Shown here piece by piece: positions 61,105 through 64,000 of a DNA stretch of 64,000 nt. Source of the stretch: Macrostomum lignano (taxonomy: Eukaryota); the NCBI GenBank assembly GCA_002269645.1, contig NIVC01001699.1, positions 1 through 64,000 on the forward strand. Direction: 5' to 3'. How positions within the stretch are numbered: the stretch's first letter is position 1; every line of letters starts with the position of its first letter. Made by a program: the position numbers and the translations under genes. Under the pieces are notes generated by a model. The model was not told the origin of the DNA, made no database searches, and was given only the letters and a program-made list of their open reading frames with translations.

Positions 61105-62335
61105 TTTGTCTACGACCTAAACTGCAGCAGTACATGGTTGTCTATGACCTTAACTGCAGCAGTACATGGTTGTCTTGTCTATGACCTAAACTGCAGCAGT
61201 ACATGGTTGTCTATGACCTTAACTGCAGCAGTACATGGTTGTCTATGACCTTAACTGCAGCAGTACATGGTTGTCTATGACCTTAACTGCAGCAGTACAT
61301 GGTTGTCTTGTCTATGACCTAAACTGCAGTAGTACATGGTTGTCTATGACCTTAACTGCAGCAGTACATGGTTGTCTATGACCTTAACTGCAGCAGTACA
61401 TGGTTGTCTATGACCTTAACTGCAGCAGTACATGGTTGTCTTGTCTATGACCTAAACTGCAGCAGTACATGGTTGTCTATGACCTTAACTGCAGCAGTAC
61501 ATGGTTGTCTTGTCTATGACCTAAACTGCAGCAGTACATGGTTGTCTATGACCTTAACTGCAGCAGTACATGGTTGTCTTGTCTATGACCTAAACTGCAG
61601 TAGTACATGGTTGTCTATGACCTTAACTGCAGCAGTACATGGTTGTCTATGACCTTAACTGCAGCAGTACATGGTTGTCTTGTCTATGACCTAAACTGCA
61701 GTAGTACATGGTTGTCTATGACTTAAACTGCAGCAGTACATGGTTGTCTATGACCTTAACTGCAGCAGTACATGGTTGTCTTGTCTATGACCTAAACTGC
61801 AGCAGTACATGGTTGTCTATGACCTTAACTGCAGCAGTACATGGTTGTCTTGTCTATGACCTAAACTGCAGTAGTACATGGTTGTCTATGACTTAAACTG
61901 CAGCAGTACATGGTTGTCTTGTCTATGACCTAAACTGCAGCAGTACATGGTTGTCTATGACCTTAACTGCAGCAGTACATGGTTGTCTTGTCTATGACCT
62001 AAACTGCAGCAGTACATGGTTGTCTATGACCTTAACTGCAGCAGTACATGGTTGTCTTGTCTATGACCTTAACTGCAGCAGTACATGGTTGTCTTGTCTA
62101 TGACCTAAACTGCAGTAGTACATGGTTGTCTATGACTTAAACTGCAGCAGTACATGGTTGTCTATGACCTTAACTGCAGCAGTACATGGATGTCTATGAC
62201 CTTAACTGCAGCAGTACATGGATGTCTATAGCTTAAACAGCAGCAGTACATGGATGTCTATGGCTTAAACAGTAGCAGTAAATGGATGTCTATGGCTTTA
62301 ACAGCAGCAGTAAATGGATATCTATGGCCTAGACA
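61105..62335. repeat. Minisatellite with 32-bp and 37-bp units, often alternating (69-bp higher-order unit)
   Basis: GTCTATGACCTTAACTGCAGCAGTACATGGTT, with or without an extra GTCTT. Confidence 0.95.
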
Positions 62336-62919
62336 GTCGCTATGAATAACGAAAAACATGAGAATTACACAAACTTGCACTTCTGCATTTTAGGTCGTAG
62401 ACAACCTTGCACTGCTGCAGTTTAGAACATAGACAAACATGGATGCTGCAGTTAAAATTTGTGCTATTTTTATGGAGAACTGAGCTATTGACTCGTTGCC
62501 TTCTGTTTTGATTTCGTCATCTCTGTTATATCATGTAAAAGTCTTGAATAACCACTTTTAAGACTGGTGTGTGCATTTTAAAGCGAAACTTTGTATCGCT
62601 TGCTTTAATTTGGTATGAATTTTAGTAATATTTTAGTAGCAGTACATTTTCGTTGCTTATAATTTTATAGTGGGAAATCGTGCTCTATCTAGAAGTACCA
62701 TCTGTCATTCGCTGTTTCTGTCTATGCACTCTGTGTTTAGTTCATCTGATTCTGATTGATAAATAAAGTCACTGTTTCAGCACCAAACGAGCATCTTCTT
62801 GTGGCGAATCTATTTTTGTTACTAACTAATTATAAACTGCTTCCGTTATCTCAGTTTTACCTGAATATGCGACACTTAAACTTAGTAGTAGCTAAGTATG
62901 AGCATAATTCACCGCTTAT

Positions 62920-63140
62920 ACCTGTGCCCCATGACCCCATGACCATGAGTAGTTCACCGCTACCACCTGTGCCCCATGACCCCATGAGTAGTTCCCCGCT
63001 ACCACCTGTGCCCCATGACCCCATGAGTAATTCACCGCTACCACCTGTGCCCCATGACCCCATGAGTAATTCACCGCTACCACCTGTGCCCCATGACCCC
63101 ATGAGTAGTTCACCGCTACCACCTGCGACCCATGAGTAGT
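62920..63140. repeat. Tandem repeat, 39-bp unit, about 5 copies
   Basis: Unit ACCACCTGTGCCCCATGACCCCATGAGTAGTTCACCGCT. Confidence 0.95.
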
Positions 63141-64000
63141 TCACTTTTAAGTTTACCTAGATAGAGATAGTTTATCTAGCTTACGTAGACAGTACAAGCA
63201 TTGGTTCAATTTGCATGCAATAACAGTACACACAGTGAATGATGTCACAGGTAAATTGCATTTAGTAGTGCAGTTTTATTTTTGAAACTAACTCTTGGTG
63301 CAGTTTAATTAGCTCGTATTTTATACAGACAAGGCATTAGAGGCAGCATGATTTATATGCCATTGGCATGAGCGGAAGGGGTCGATTTGAAGTGACAAAT
63401 GTACTTTCGAGTCTGGAGTATGAGCAATTATAAAGCTTTGAGCAAAAAGTAAATAAAAATCAGTTTTAAATGGTCAAGCTATAACAAAAAATGCTAAAAA
63501 ATGTTGTGCGACTGTATGAATACAACTATTTCAGAGTTAGTTGCTTGCTTAGATTTTAAACATACTTTAAAAAGTAAAAAAACAATCGATGTCCGCGACT
63601 TCATTATTTCCCCAGCAGCACGCGAAAAAGACAAATGCGCGTATAAAATAAAGTTAAATAACAATGCTTAGTAACTATGTTCGTATTACTAAAGCGAATG
63701 GTAGAAATCAGAAATGAGCTACTTGTAAAATATATCAAGTATGGATGAATTAATATTTGCAATGTATTGATAGTATTGCTGCACGGCGTTGATGCATGGA
63801 CAGACAAACAATGTAACCAGAGCCTGGCCCATACACTCGTGCTATAACGTTGCTGCACTCCCAGCCGTGCTTTATAGTGCCTCATTGAAACCGAAATATT
63901 TGTAACGTGCCACTTGTCACTTGTAGATTCTTAATGCAATGGGCCAACTTAGTACATTTACGCATGTAGTATGCGCATACACTCGGCAACATTTAAAACG

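Noticed and set aside
13279-63140. Long ORFs over tandem arrays (13318, 16147, 25023-25598, 33757-34571, 37258-38269, 38610-39516, 40396, 52655-53358, 61368, 62756)
   Set aside because: They arise from stop-free repeat units, are open in several frames on both strands, and many lie in introns.

Overview
Repeat-rich animal genomic DNA. The organism is inferred to be a free-living flatworm such as Macrostomum from GC-rich CDS, satellite-filled introns, GATA/GACA microsatellites and LINEs with (TTG)n tails; the sequence does not prove this. Host genes: a complete 3-exon VPS36; a 6-exon divergent Rel/NF-kB-like gene with a secreted PAN plus ALK/LTK-type glycine-rich gene nested antisense in its intron; an extended-LOTUS-domain gene split by a transposon; an intronless myristoylation-motif polyQ gene; and a 2-exon membrane-protein gene. 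Mobile DNA: LINE remnants, MITEs, a MULE/Foldback element and a tandem dimer of a non-autonomous rolling-circle (Helentron-like) element. The two most unusual structures are (1) 0.3-9.8 kb, a gag / GGGAAAC -1 frameshift / protease cassette with no RT, integrase or visible LTR pair, a spliced leader, a separately promoted orphan ORF and an overlapping spliced antisense gene; and (2) 49.8-58.3 kb, a hairpin/subTIR element with CTAGTT at all three junctions, carrying tRNA-like and exchangeable tandem-repeat modules. All alignments and counts were done by hand. Several ORFs have single-base frameshifts that may be assembly errors.
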